Assembly: GCF_006345805.1 (NCBI RefSeq)
Contig: NW_021832666.1
Coordinates: forward strand, 1-39,064
Reading direction: 5' to 3'
Origin: Octopus sinensis
Lineage: Eukaryota
DNA: 39,064 bases
Shown here piece by piece: positions 20,670 to 33,013 of the stretch. The translations under genes were made by a program, and so were the position numbers. Numbering within the stretch: position 1 is the stretch's first letter; every line of letters starts with the position of its first letter. Under the pieces are notes generated by a model. The model worked only from the letters and a program-made list of their open reading frames with translations, made no database searches and was not told where the DNA came from.

Positions 20670-21305
20670 ATCCTCTCTCTCTCTCTCTCACACCCCACAC
20701 ATCACACACACTCACATATGCGCATAACAGTACGTATGTATGTATGTATTATGTATGTATGTATTTATGTATGTAGTATGTATGTATGTGTATGTATATG
20801 TATGTATGTATGATGTATGTATGTATGCATGCATGTATGTATGTATGTATGTATGTATGTATGTTGTTGTATGTATGTACAACTGTTTTGTGTTGTTTCG
20901 TAGAAACTCAACTTTCAAACGATTTTGAAAGGAACCACGGAACTCACGTGTGTGCGTGTACTTAGAAATAGAGAAAGGGAGAGAGAGAGAGAGAGATAGA
21001 GAGATAGAGAGAAATATTCACACACACACACCACACACACACACACACACATATACACTAACATAAACAATTTTATCTCATTGAAATTCTCCCTCAGGGG
21101 AATAATATATATTTATTTTTATAAAAAAAAACGAAAACAATCTTTACCAGATGTAGATGTTGTTGTTGTTGCTGCTGTTGCTCATAACGATGATGATGAA
21201 GAAGGAGGAAGAAGAAGAAGAAGAAGGAGAAAAAGAAGAAGAAGAAGGAGAAAAAGAAGAAGAAGAAGGAGAAAAAGAAGATGATGATGGTGAGGAATAA
21301 TATTG

Positions 21306-21340
<35 letters not shown>

Positions 21341-21375
21341 TAATAATAATAATAATAGTAATAACAATAATACAA

Positions 21376-22365
21376 GCTACCTACCTACCTACCTGCCTGC
21401 CTACCTACCTACCTGCCTGCCTACCTACCTACCTACCTACGTACCTACGTACGTACGTACCTACCTACCTACCTACCTACCTACATGCCTACCTACATGC
21501 CTACCTGCCTACCTACATGCCTACGCACCTACGTACCTACCTGCCTACCTTCCTACCTACCTAACTACTTACCTACGTAACTACCTACCTCCCTGCCTAC
21601 CTGCCTACCTACCTGCCTACCAACCTACCTACCTACCTACCTACCTACCTACTTACCTGCCTACCTACCTGCCTACCTACCTACCTACCCACCTACCTAC
21701 CTACCTACCTACCTACCTACCTACCTACCTACCTGCCTACCTACCTACATGCCTACCTACCTATTCACCTACCTACCTACCTGCCTACCTACCTACCTAC
21801 CTACCTACCTACCTACCTACCTACCTATCTACCTACCTACCTACCTTCTTGTCTTGAGCACTCCGTCGGTTACGACGACGAGGGTCCCAGCTGATACGAT
21901 CATCGGAACAGCTTGCTCGTGGAATTAACGTGTAAGTGGCTGAGCACTCCACAGACACGTGTACCCCTAACGTAGTTCTCAGGGAGATTCAGCGTGACAC
22001 AGAGTGTGACAAGGCTGGCCCTTTGAAATACAGGAACAACTCACTTTTGCCAGCTGAGTGGACTGGAGCAACGTGAAATAAAGTGTCTTGCTCAAGGACA
22101 CAACTCATCGCCGGGAATCGAACTCACGACCTTACAATCGTCAGTCGAATGCCCTAACCACCAAGCCACACGCCTTCACTATAGGTATGTAGATAGGTAG
22201 TTACCTACCTACCTACCTACCTACCTACCTACCTACCTACCTACCTACCTATCTACCTACCTACCTACCTACCTACCTACCACCTACCTACCTTCATACC
22301 TACCTACCTACCTACCTACCTACCTACCTACCTACATAACTACCTCTCTACCTACCTATCTACCT
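21376..22365. repeat. (CTAC)n tracts flanking a SINE insertion
   Basis: (CTAC)n at 21376-21845 and ~22200-22365. Confidence 0.92.
21846..22178 (-). mobile_element. SINE family C (tRNA head plus CORE-like domain)
   Basis: Minus strand GAAGGCGTGTGGCTTGGTGGTTAGG...GAGTTCGATTCCC...TGTGTCCTTGAGCAAGACACTT..TTGCTCCAGTCCACTCAGCTG. Confidence 0.82.
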
Positions 22366-22367
22366 GT

Positions 22368-22500
22368 ATGTGTGGTAAGAAGCTTGCTTTCCAACCACAG
22401 TGTCTCGGGTTCAGTACTAATGCGTGGCACCTTGGCCAAGTGTCTTCTGTTAAAGGCTGACCAAAACTTTGTGACGGAAACTGAAAGAAACCCGTCGTAT
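22368..22500 (+). mobile_element. SINE family B head (internally deleted)
   Basis: GTGGTAAGAAGCTTGC...GGCACCTTGGCCAAGTGTCTTCT...GACGGAAACTGAAAGAAACCCGTCGT. Confidence 0.82.
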
Positions 22501-22545
22501 ATATGTGTGCATGTGTGTGCATATATATATATATACACACATATA

Positions 22546-22972
22546 GGCGCAGGAGTGGCTGTGTGGTAAGTAGCTTGTTTACCAACCACATGGTTCCAGG
22601 TTCTGTCCTACTGCGTGGCACCTTGGGCAAGTGTCTTCTACTATAGCCTCGGGCCGACCAAAGCCTTGTGAGTGGATTTGGTAGACGGAAACTGAAAAGA
22701 AGCCCGTCGTATATATGTATGTATATATATATGTGTGTGTGCGTGTATATTTGTGTGTCTGTGTTGGTCTCCCTAGCATTGCTTGACAACCGATGCTGGT
22801 GTGTTTATGTCCCCGTTACTTAGCGGTTCGGTAAAACAGACCGATAGAATAAGTACTGGGCTTACAAAAAAGAATAAGTCCCGGGGTCGAGTTGCTCGAC
22901 TAAAAGGCGGTGCTCCATCATGGCCGCAGTCAAATGACTGAAACAAGTAAAAGAGTAAAAGAGAGTAAAGAG
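22546..22972 (+). mobile_element. Bipartite SINE family B, full length
   Basis: GGCGCAGGAGTGGCTGTGTGG head, (TA/TG)n linker, tail to GTAAAAGAGTAAAAGAG. Confidence 0.93.
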
Positions 22973-23140
22973 TATATATGTATATATATTATATACACAC
23001 ACATACATATATATCTTTTCTTTTGGTGTTGCAGTTGGAAGATGACAAAGATAGGGGTGGAGGACGACGACGGCGACGATGACGATGACAACGACGACAA
23101 CGGCAACGGAAACAGTGGTGACGACGATGGCGACGGCAGC

Positions 23141-23742
23141 GAGGACGACGGCGGAGAGGATGACGGCGGAGAGGACGACGGCGGCGAGGGCGACGGTGGT
23201 GAGGACGACGGCGGAGAAGACGACGGCGGCGAGGGGACGACGGCGGCGAGGATGACGGCGGCGAGGACGACGGCGGCGAGGGCGACGGTGGCGAGGACGA
23301 CGGTGGCGAGGACGACGGTGGCAAGGGCGACGGTGGCGAGGACGACGGTGGCGAGTATGACGGCGGCGAGTATGACGGCGGCGAGGACGACGGCGGCGAG
23401 GATGACGGCAGCGAGGACGGCGGCGGCGAGGATGTCGGCGGCGAGGGCGACGGCAGCGAGGACGACGGCGGCGAGGACGTCGGCGGTGAGGACGACGGCA
23501 GCGAGGACGGCGGCGGCGAGGACGTCGGCGGCGAGGACGTCGGCGGCGAGGACGTCGGCGGCGAGGACGTCGGCGGCGAGGACGTCGGCGGCGAGGGCGA
23601 CGGCAGCGGGACGGCGGCGGCGGCGAGGACGTCGGCGGTGAGGACGACGGCGGCGAGGACGACGGCGGAGAAGACGACGGCGGCGAGGACGACGGCGAGC
23701 GAGGACGTCAGTGGCGAGGACTACGGCGGCGGCGCGAGGACG
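23141..23742 (+). repeat. GC/CpG-rich 15-bp minisatellite (GAGGACGACGGCGGC)n, ~40 units
   Basis: Direct reading. Confidence 0.92.
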
Positions 23743-24176
23743 ATTACATCGAGTGTAGAAGAAGTTGGCGATGACAACGACGATGGTGAAGCTGATGACG
23801 ATGATTACGATAGGAACAACAAAGACGGAGGCCGCAGTGACGGCGAGGACAATCGAATGATGACAGCGATGGCGGTGGTTGCGGCGTAACTTGTACTTTT
23901 AGCCTCAGAACTTCATTTTGTTCGATTTGAAATTGTTCTAAACATGGAAAACAATAACAGAAACGCCAGCAGAAGACACATTGCTCTATTTTACCATTTC
24001 TTCCCAAAAGATTAATTAATGAACTGCTAATTAGACGAACGCAGATTTTCTCGGCTGATTGCCTTTTACATTAACAAAACAATAAAATGGAAAAAAAGAA
24101 AAGAAAAAAAAGAAAATAAAAACGGTCAATTCTTACTTGACAGTGGTTACAGAGGACCGTACACACACACACGCTG

Positions 24177-24226
<50 letters not shown>

Positions 24227-24324
24227 GTGATATGTGTGTGTGTGTGTGTGTGTGACAGCGTGTGTATCGTTGGCGATTTTCTTTCTCCGTCTTCTCTTCC
24301 ATGGACCTATATCTATCTATCTAT

Positions 24325-24931
24325 GGCTATGGCGAAAGAATGTATCTGGTGGTCGCGTCTGAAAGGATTGGAGACAAACACTTTCCTCTCTGGTCAATCT
24401 CTCATTAACTTCTTTAAGTATCACCTGAAAAGGAAAATGAGAGTAGAGAGGCAAGTTTTGTCTAGCGAATGTTTTAAAAAAAAATGGTTGAATGTAGCAA
24501 GGATGGCACGTATGAATGACGAAGCCACCTTGAGCATAATCCTATGAACCCAGAAATTGAAAACAGAGGGTTACCCACTTGCAAACAAATGTGGTAACAT
24601 ATAACAATATTGACCGAGGTTACTGTGGTCTTTTTGTAGGCTTTTCTTCCCACAGATAAACCTTATCTGCTTTCCCCTTTACACCATACATCATGACACT
24701 GTGATACACGATCCCTATTGATCGTTTTTTCCCTCTTCCCCTTTTTCCTCTTTTTTTTCTTTTTTTTCTTCTTTCTTTTCTTTTGTTTCTTTTCCTTTTT
24801 TTCTTTCTTCCCTTTTACGATCCCTTTTGATCGAAAACCTACACCACTTTTTTTTTTCATCCCCCAAAAGAAAAGCTCTACCTTGTAATTTGTCCCATCA
24901 GTGTGCAGCCCTGTATGGCTAATAAAGAAAC
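24325..24931 (+). mobile_element. 5'-truncated Tx1/L1-like non-LTR 3' end inside (TATC)n
   Basis: AMAKECIWWSRLKGLETNTFLSGQSLINFFKYHLKRKMRVERQVLSSECFKKKWLNVARMARMNDEATLSIIL* resembles Tx1/L1 ORF2 C-termini (recall); long 3'UTR, AATAAA; (TATC)n at 24307-24 and 24933-25021. Confidence 0.65.
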
Positions 24932-25022
<91 letters not shown>

Positions 25023-25029
25023 AAAGACA

Positions 25030-25255
25030 GGAATGTCATGGCTGGACCAATTGTTTTGTTTTTTTACTGGTGTTGAACTCATGATCGGAAGATTGTGGTT
25101 TCGATTCCTGGACCGGGCAACGCGTTCCGTTCTGTAATGTTGCTGCATTCCACTCAGCTGGCAACAATCAGTCAATCCTGCGACCGACCGGCGTCCCGTT
25201 CAGGTGGGAAGTATATACGCCATGAAACCGGGAAACCGGCCATTATGAACCTATG
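25030..25255 (+). mobile_element. Degenerate SINE family D
   Basis: GTGGTTTCGATTCC B box, CCACTCAGCTGG, CTGCGACCGACCGGCGTCCCG...GAAACCGGGAAACCGG shared with 30770-31081. Confidence 0.7.
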
Positions 25256-25515
25256 AACTCCTTTGGTTCCTTTTTTATTTGGATGGATCCTCCCAACCAT
25301 TCAATGTCTAAAAAATCCCTATTATTATATTTTTATAATAAAATATTATTAGTTATCACATTAAAAAAAATTGTTAAAATATTTGCTGCATTGTAGAACT
25401 ATAACCAATTTATGGCACACAATTTGTAACAGCGAAATGTTATATAGCCCCCACCCCCAAGGGCCGTAGAGGTGAGATGCAGATATTAATACCTTTTTTA
25501 CTACCGTCAAACACA

Positions 25516-27494
25516 CCGTCATCTTCGCCGCCGTCGTCCTCACAGCCGTCGTCTTCGCCGCCGTCGTCCTCGCCGCCGTCGTCCTCGCCGCCGTCGTCCT
25601 CGCCGTTGTCCTCACCGCCGTCGTCCTCGCCGCCGTCGTCTTCTCCGCCGTCGTCCTCACCGCCGTCGTCTTCTCCGCCGTCGTCCTCACCGCCGTCGTC
25701 CTCGCCGCCGTCGTCCTCACCGCCGTCGTCCTCGCCGCCGTCGTCCTCGCTGTCGTCCTCACGACGTCGTCCTCGCCGCCGTCGTCTTCTCCGCCGTCGT
25801 CCTCTCTGTCGTCCTCGCCGCCGTCGTCCTCGCCGCCGTCGTCCTCGCCGCCGTCGTCCTCGCCGCTGTCGTCCACGCCGCGTCGTCCTGCCGCCGTCGT
25901 CCTCGCCGCCGTCGTCCTCACCGCCCCCCCCCCCGCGCCGTCGTCCTCGCCGCCGTCGTCCTCGCTGTCGTCCTCACCGACGTCGTCCTCGCCGCCGTCG
26001 TCTTCTCCGCCGTCGTCCTTACCGACATCGTCTCACCGCCGTCGTCGCCGCCGCCGTTCGCCGCCGCCCCGTCGCCGCCGCCGCCGCCGTCGCCGCCGTC
26101 GTCCTCGCCGCCGTCGTCCTCGCCGCCGTCGTCCTCGCCGCCGTCGTCCTCGCCGCCGTCGTCCTCGCCGCCGTCGTCCTCGCCGCCGTCGTCCTCGCCG
26201 CCGTCGTCCTCGCCGCCGTCGTCCTCGCCGCCGTCGTCCTCGCCGCCGTCGTCCTCTCCACCGTCGTCCTCACCACCGTTGTCTTCGCCGCCGTCGTCCT
26301 CGCCGCCGTCCTACTCGCCGCCGTCGTCCTCGCCGCCGTCGTCCTCACCACCGTCGTCCTCGCCGCCGTCGTCCTCGCCGCCGTCGTCCTCTCCGCCGTC
26401 GTCCTCACCACTGTCGTCTTCGCCGCCGTCGTCCTCGCAGCCGTCGTCCTCGCCGCCATCGTCCTCGCCGCCGTCGTCCTCGCTGCCATCGTCCTCGCCG
26501 CCGTCGTCTTCTCCGCCGTCGTCCTTACCGACATCGTCCTCACCGACGTCGTCTTCGCCGCCGTCGTCCTCGCTGCCGTCGTCCTCTCCACCGTCGTCCT
26601 CACCACCGTCGTCTCGCCGCCGTCGTACTCGCCGCCGTCGTCCTCGCCGCCGTCGTCCTCTCCACGTCGTCCTCACCACCGTCGTCCTCGCTGCCGTCGT
26701 CCTCGCTGCCATCGTCCTCGCCGCCGTCGTCTTCTCCGCCGTCGTCCTTACCGACATCGTCCTCACCGCCGTCGTCCTCGCCGCCGTCGTCCTCGCCGCC
26801 GTCGTCCTCTCCGCCGTTGTCCTCGTCGCCGTTGTCCTCGCCGCCGTCGTCCTCGCCGCCGTCGTCCTCGCCGCCGTCGTCCTCGCTGCCGTCGTCCTCG
26901 CCGCCGTCGTCCTCTCCGCCGTTGTCCTCGCCGCCGTCGTCCTCTCCGCCGTTGTCCTCGTCGCCGTTGTCCTCGCCGCCGTCGTCCTCTCCGCCGTCGT
27001 CCTCTCCGCCGTTGTCCTCGCCGCCGTCGTCCTCTCCGCCGTTGTCCTCGCCGCCGTCGCCCTCTCCGCCGTTGTCCTCGTCGCCGTTGTCCTCGCCGCC
27101 GTCGTCCTCTCCGCCGTTGTCCTCGTCGCCGTTGTCCTCGCCGCCGTCGTCCTCGCCGCCGTCGTCCTTGCTGCCGTCGTCCTCGCTGCCGTCGTCCTCG
27201 CCGCCGTCGTCCTCTCCGCCGTTGTCCTCGCCGCCGTTGTCCTCGTCGCCGTTGTCCTCGCCGCCGTCGTCCTCGCCGCCGTCGTCCTCGCCGCTGTCGT
27301 CTTCTCCGCCGTCGTCCTCGCCGCCGTCGTCCTCTCCGCCGTCATCCTCACCGCCGTCGTCTTCTCCGCCGTCGTCCTCGCCGCCGTCGTCCTCACCGCC
27401 GTCGTCTTCTCCGCCGTCGTCCTCGCCGCCGTCGTCCTCGCCGCCGTTGTCCTCGCCGCCGTTGTCCTCGCCGCCGTCGTCCTCGCCGCCGTTG
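25516..27494 (-). repeat. Same 15-bp minisatellite in inverted orientation, (GCCGCCGTCGTCCTC)n, ~130 units
   Basis: Direct reading; shares variant units with 23141-23742. Confidence 0.95.
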
Positions 27495-27498
27495 CCCT

Positions 27499-27551
<53 letters not shown>

Positions 27552-27809
27552 TATCATCATCATTATCATCATTATCATCGTTATTATTGCAGGAATTTTA
27601 AAACTGGCAACTCTGAGTTTCACGTTTCTGATCTTCAGACGAAATGTGAAGAACCTGTTTGAAGATGTTGTTGGCTCTTCAACTTTTGATCGAATACTGC
27701 AGAGGCTTCCCAATTGCTTCGTTATTTTAGAATTGTTGTTGTTATGAGGGTGACCTATGATAAAAAGCATTCTAGCGTGGCCACCCCATCATTTTGCTAG
27801 TGGTAGTTA

Positions 27810-27886
27810 TAGTCACGATGGGTATACTGGGCTTTGTATATTTTACCCCAGTGTTACTTTGATGGCACGCGCTTCTCTCTCACTCA
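27810..27886 (+). mobile_element. 3' end of the 16033-16366 repeat family; its (AAT)n tail hosts the Dong-like insertion
   Basis: GATGGGTATACTGGGCTT.GTATATTTTACCCCAGTGT.ACTTTGATGGCA...CTCTCACTCAATAAT. Confidence 0.8.
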
Positions 27887-27907
27887 ATAATAATAATAAT
27901 AATAAAT

Positions 27908-30714
27908 AACATCCAAAACAAAATACAATAAATGAGAAAAGATCTGTCGATTCTTAATGAAATCAGTAGACAATCAACGCTACTGAGCAACAAAGAGAAA
28001 ACAAAAATACTCCGCAAATACAACATCACAGAAAAAGATTTACCTGTGATAAAAGAAAAGCTAAAGCAAGATATCCTTGCCAAAGCACAAAGGATCCGCC
28101 GGTACGAGAAACGCCAACGTTTCTTTGAACAAAACAAACAGTTCAACTCCAACCCCAAAAAGTTCTACCAAGAACTTGGCAAAAATAAAATAGAAATCAC
28201 TGCAGCACCAACGGCAGAAGAAGTGGAAGAATTCTGGAGAGAAATATGGTCGGCGAACGAACAACCAAAAAAAAAAGGAGTATTAAAACAACAAACTCAG
28301 CATCTGAGCAACTTTGGACCCCCATAACAACTGAAGGGGTCACCCAGGCACTGCAAAGACTAAGCAACTGGAAGGCACCTGGGCATGACAAGATCCCCAA
28401 TTTCTGGTTGAAATATCTAACAGGAATGCACAAAAAGCTGGCTGAAAATTTTAACAACATACTGGCAGAGCCAGAGACAATGCCTGAATGGCTCACGAAG
28501 GGGAAAACCATCTTAATTCCCAAATCAAATGAGACAGCAAAACCAGAAAACTACAGACCAATAACCTGTCTCCCTACAATGTACAAAGCATTTACTGCAG
28601 TGATATCGCAAAGATTGGACAAGCACCTAGACGAAAACAACCTGTTTCCAGAAGAGCAGAAAGGATGCCGCAAGGGCTCATATGGCTGTAAAGATCAACT
28701 AATGATTAATAAAGCCATAACTGAAGACAGCCACAGAAAGAAGAAAGGCCTCAGTACGGCCTGGATCGACTACAAAAAGGCGTTTGATAGCATCCACCAC
28801 ACATGGATCCTCGAAACACTAGCGATGATCAAAGTTGCACCAATAATCATAAAATACATAGGACACTCTATGAATAAATGGCAGACAGTGCTACAGCTCC
28901 AAACAAAAGAGGGACTTGTGAAAACCAAAGCCATCCCCATTAGAAGGGAAATATTCGAGGGAGATACGCTCTCTCCACTCCTTTTCTGCTTGGCACTGTC
29001 ACCTCTATCGGATATACTAAACAGAACTGGATGCGGATATAAATGTTACGGAAAAACGATCAGCCACCTTTTATATATGGATGACCTAAAACTATACGCT
29101 ACAAATGACAAACAGCTGGAAACACTACTAAAGACAGTTCAAGGATTTACCAAAGAAATAGATATGAAATTTGGATTAGAAAAATGCGCCAAAGTAATCC
29201 TGAAAAGAAGAAAACTAGTTAAGAGTAACATCACACTAGATAAAACCAATGAAATAAAAGAATTAGACCAAAGCCAAACTTACAAATACTTAGGAATCCA
29301 TGAACTAGATAAGACACAACACACACAAATGAAAGAGAAAATAAAAAAAGAATATTATAGACGAGTTAGATCAATACTGAAAACAGCTCAATGCTAAAAA
29401 CAAGATAATAGGTATCAACACTTTAGCCGTCCCAGTTATAAGTTACAGCTACAATATTTTTAACTGGACACTAAATGAACTGACCAAATAGATAGGAAAC
29501 AAGAAAAATAATGACAGGATCTAGGATGCATCACCCAAAATCTGACATAGAAAGGCTATATATACAACGTATAGAAGGTGTAGAGGCCTTATACAGCTGG
29601 AAAACTACTATAAAATAACCACTATAGGACTGCAAAAATACCTACTTCAGAAGGAAGGAAAACTGATACAAATAGCGGCAAAACACGAGCAAAACAAAAA
29701 AATGTTCTCAGTATTTAAGGAAGCTGACAAATACAAACAAGAAATCATACCACCTAACAAATATGAAGAAGAAGAAGAAGATGAAGAAACAACAAAAGCT
29801 ATAAAACAATGAAATCCAACTAAAAACTAGAACAGCACCGAACCATGATAAAACGATGGCAAGAAAAGCCCCTTCATGGCAAATACTGGACTAAACTAAA
29901 TGCAAAAGAAATAGACAAAGAGAAATCCCAACAATGGTTGAGAAGCTCAGGACTCAAAGCAGAGACAGAAGGATTTTTAATTGCAGCACAAGCCCAAGCC
30001 TCCCCACCAGAAATTACCAAAACATGTAATGAAAAGAAATATAACAAGTAACTGCAGAATATGTGGAGATGACAAGAAACAATAAATCATATTATCTCTG
30101 GCTGCCCAGTCCTGGCTAAGAAGGAATATATTCACAGACACGACAGAGTTGGAACCTATATACACTGGAAACTATGCCAACATTATGGAATAACAACAGA
30201 AAAAAGATGGTATAGGCACACACCAGAAAAGGTCACAGAAAACGAGAAAGCAACCATACGCTGGGATATGCCGATACACACAGATAGAGAAATTAAAGCC
30301 AACAGACCAGATATAGTTGTCAGAGATCATGAAGAAAAAAAATGCTTTCTAATCGATGTATCAATACCGGCAGATGACAACGTGTCTCTAAAAGAAATGG
30401 AGAAACTCTCAAAATACAAAGACCTGGAAATAGAGGTAACCAGAATGTGGAATCTAAAAACAGAAACAATTCCTATCATAGTAGGTGCATTAGGCATGAT
30501 AAAAAATATTCAGACAAATACATAACAAAAAACCCAGGACTTACAAACACATATAACATACAGAAAATTGCACTACTAGGCACTGCACACATCCTACGCG
30601 GAACACTTTCCATACAATAACCATTAGAGCATCATAACAAATCACAGCACATACCCAAGGTACTCAGAGCTGCGCTCGGTAGTGAAGTGAAAGCACGCTA
30701 TAAAAATAAAACTA

Positions 30715-30717
<3 letters not shown>
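27908..30717 (+). mobile_element. 5'-truncated R4/Dong-clade non-LTR retrotransposon (RT, CCHC, RLE), frameshifted
   Basis: RT motifs KAPGHD, NYRPITCL, DYKKAFDS, GDTLSPLLF, LYMDD, YKYLG; CRICG..ETINHIISGC..LAKKEYIHRHD; RPDIV..DVSIP..EKLSKYKDL. (AAT)n at both ends (27886-905, 30718-68). Confidence 0.93.
28246..29397 (+). pseudogene. Reverse transcriptase ORF segment of the Dong/R4-like element
   Basis: Open RT domain with YMDD; separated from upstream and downstream segments by frameshifts. Confidence 0.9.
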
Positions 30718-30769
<52 letters not shown>

Positions 30770-31081
30770 TTTTTATTTATGCGTCCTTTTAAAGCATAGC
30801 CAGGTTCATGGGCTCGGTTTCCCGGTTTCTGTGGCGTATGTGTTTCCCCCAGCTGGACGGGACACCAGTCCATCGCAGTGTTACTCAAGAAACAGGAAGA
30901 AAGAGTGAGAGAAATTTGGGGCGAAAGAGTACAACAGGGGTCGCCACCACTTCTGCCGGAGTCTCGTGGAGCTTTAGGTGTTTTTGCTCAATAAACACAC
31001 ACAACGCCCGGTCTGGGAATCGAAACCGCAATCCTCTGACCGCGAGTCAGCAGTCTTAACCACTGGGCCATTGTGCCTCTA
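30770..31081 (-). mobile_element. SINE family D, full length
   Basis: Minus strand GGCACAATGGCCCAGTGGTTAAG (A box), GGTTTCGATTCCC (B box), tail CTGCGATGGACTGG..TCCCGTCCAG..CAGAAACCGGGAAACCG. Confidence 0.85.
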
Positions 31082-31101
31082 CAACAACAACAACAACAAC
31101 A

Positions 31102-31180
<79 letters not shown>

Positions 31181-31367
31181 GTAGTAGTAGTAACAGCAGC
31201 AGCAACGTTAGTAGTTGTGCAATAGTGAGGACAGTAATAATTAGTAATAGTAGTTGTGGTTGCAGTAGCAGTAGTATTTTCCTTGAATGAAGCAACATTA
31301 TAATAGTGACCCCCCACCCCCCAAAAAAGTTGCAGAGAGTATCTTGTGACTGAAGCAAAACAACAAC

Positions 31368-31400
<33 letters not shown>

Positions 31401-31402
31401 CA

Positions 31403-31439
<37 letters not shown>

Positions 31440-31916
31440 AGGAACTTTTAAAGCAAGAATCATTACATTCCGTTCTATGGGGAAAAACCCAAACTAAGAG
31501 TGGAAAACGTAGAATGGTGGCGCCAATAACGAACGATTTTATTATTATTTTTTTTTTGTTAATGTCATTAGTTATTTCTGTAATAATTAATCTTAAATTA
31601 ATTCCCTGCCAACATTTCACGGTGGACAATTAAGATGTCAGAAAACAAGGCCGAGTGCCGCACCCGTAATAGGCGGTGACGAAGCGTCTTGGGTAGGCTT
31701 TGAGGGTGGAAAGAAGGTATTTAATATCTGGAGCTCACCTTTAATTATATCTCATTAGCTTTACCTGCGATTCTAATAGCCATTAACACATCTCATTAAT
31801 ACCATTATACTGCGTTCTGTTTGCCTCTACCCCCATTACTCCACCCCACTTTTTTTTCTAATCCACCCCATTGCTTTCTAATGCTACTGGCACCTCTCGG
31901 CATCACTTCCACCGCT

Positions 31917-32031
31917 ACTACCGCGACCACCACATTTACTGAAACCACCACCACCACCACCACCACCACCACCACCACCACCACCATCACCACCACCATC
32001 ACCACCGTCATCCTTATTACCAGCAGCAGCG

Positions 32032-32067
<36 letters not shown>

Positions 32068-32490
32068 CCTCAACCAACTCCATTACGTCCAACATTATGC
32101 CATCAGCACCACCGCTATCACTGCTTCCATCACCGGCGCCACCGTCATAACTGTTGCCATTGGCGCCACCATCACCATAGTCCACCATCATCATCATAAT
32201 CATCATTATGATCGTCAGCAGCAGCAACACCACCGCCAACCCCAAAATCACAATGGCCACAAAAAAGACCACCACCACCACCACCACCACCACTACCACC
32301 ACCACTACCACTACCACCACCACAATCATACCACCATCGCTGCCACCATCACCATCACCACCACAACTATCACCGCCGCCACCATCACCGCTGCTACCGT
32401 CGTCGCCGCCACCCCCACCTCCTCCACCACCCCCGCCTCCTCCACCACCACCACCACCACCGCCGCCACCGCCATCGCCACTACAGCTAA
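31917..32490. repeat. Degenerate (CAC)n/(CAG)n/(CCT)n tracts
   Basis: Direct reading. Confidence 0.9.
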
Positions 32491-33013
32491 TTGTTTCTTC
32501 TAAGAAGTGTTTGGACATGAACAAATCTTTTTGATGCTATTAAATTAATTGTTCTTGTTGTTGTTCGTTTCTTGTTGCCTCTGTTCGTCATCGTTTTCTT
32601 CTTCCTTTTCATCCTCCACCTCCTCCTTCTCCCCTCCTCCTCCTCATCCTGCTTTCTTCCCCACATCTTATTGAAAAGAAAATCCCGTCGCATTTCCAGA
32701 TGCGAAAGAAACAAACGCGTCTTTAGCAGCCATGATCAATATATTTAATCAAAACAATATTTCCCCCTCTCTTAATATAATCCCATCTGTTTGGCAAATA
32801 GTCGATCCCTTAGGCGTGAAATTCTTCAGGTTTTGAACCAAAGGAACACTCAACATCATTTTTAACCTCTTCACAATTAATAAACTGTTTTCCCTCCAAA
32901 TAATTCTGCAATGATCTTCAAAGATGGAACGAGACTAGGAGACTTGAATGAGATGAGAATGAAACAAAATGTCTATATATAACGCCATAATACTTCGGCA
33001 ATATTCGGTGTTG

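Noticed and set aside
22910-23889. Acidic Asp/Gly-rich secreted-matrix-like protein
   Set aside because: Frame broken repeatedly, begins inside a SINE tail, no signal peptide; the flanks grade into degenerate GAT/GAC triplet repeats common across the window.
25361-27770. Long ORFs (756, 440, 361, 281 aa) as protein-coding genes
   Set aside because: They are stop-free frames of a GC-rich 15-mer that switch register at indels. The (EDDGG)n frame is preceded by TGA/TAG stops with no start or good acceptor.
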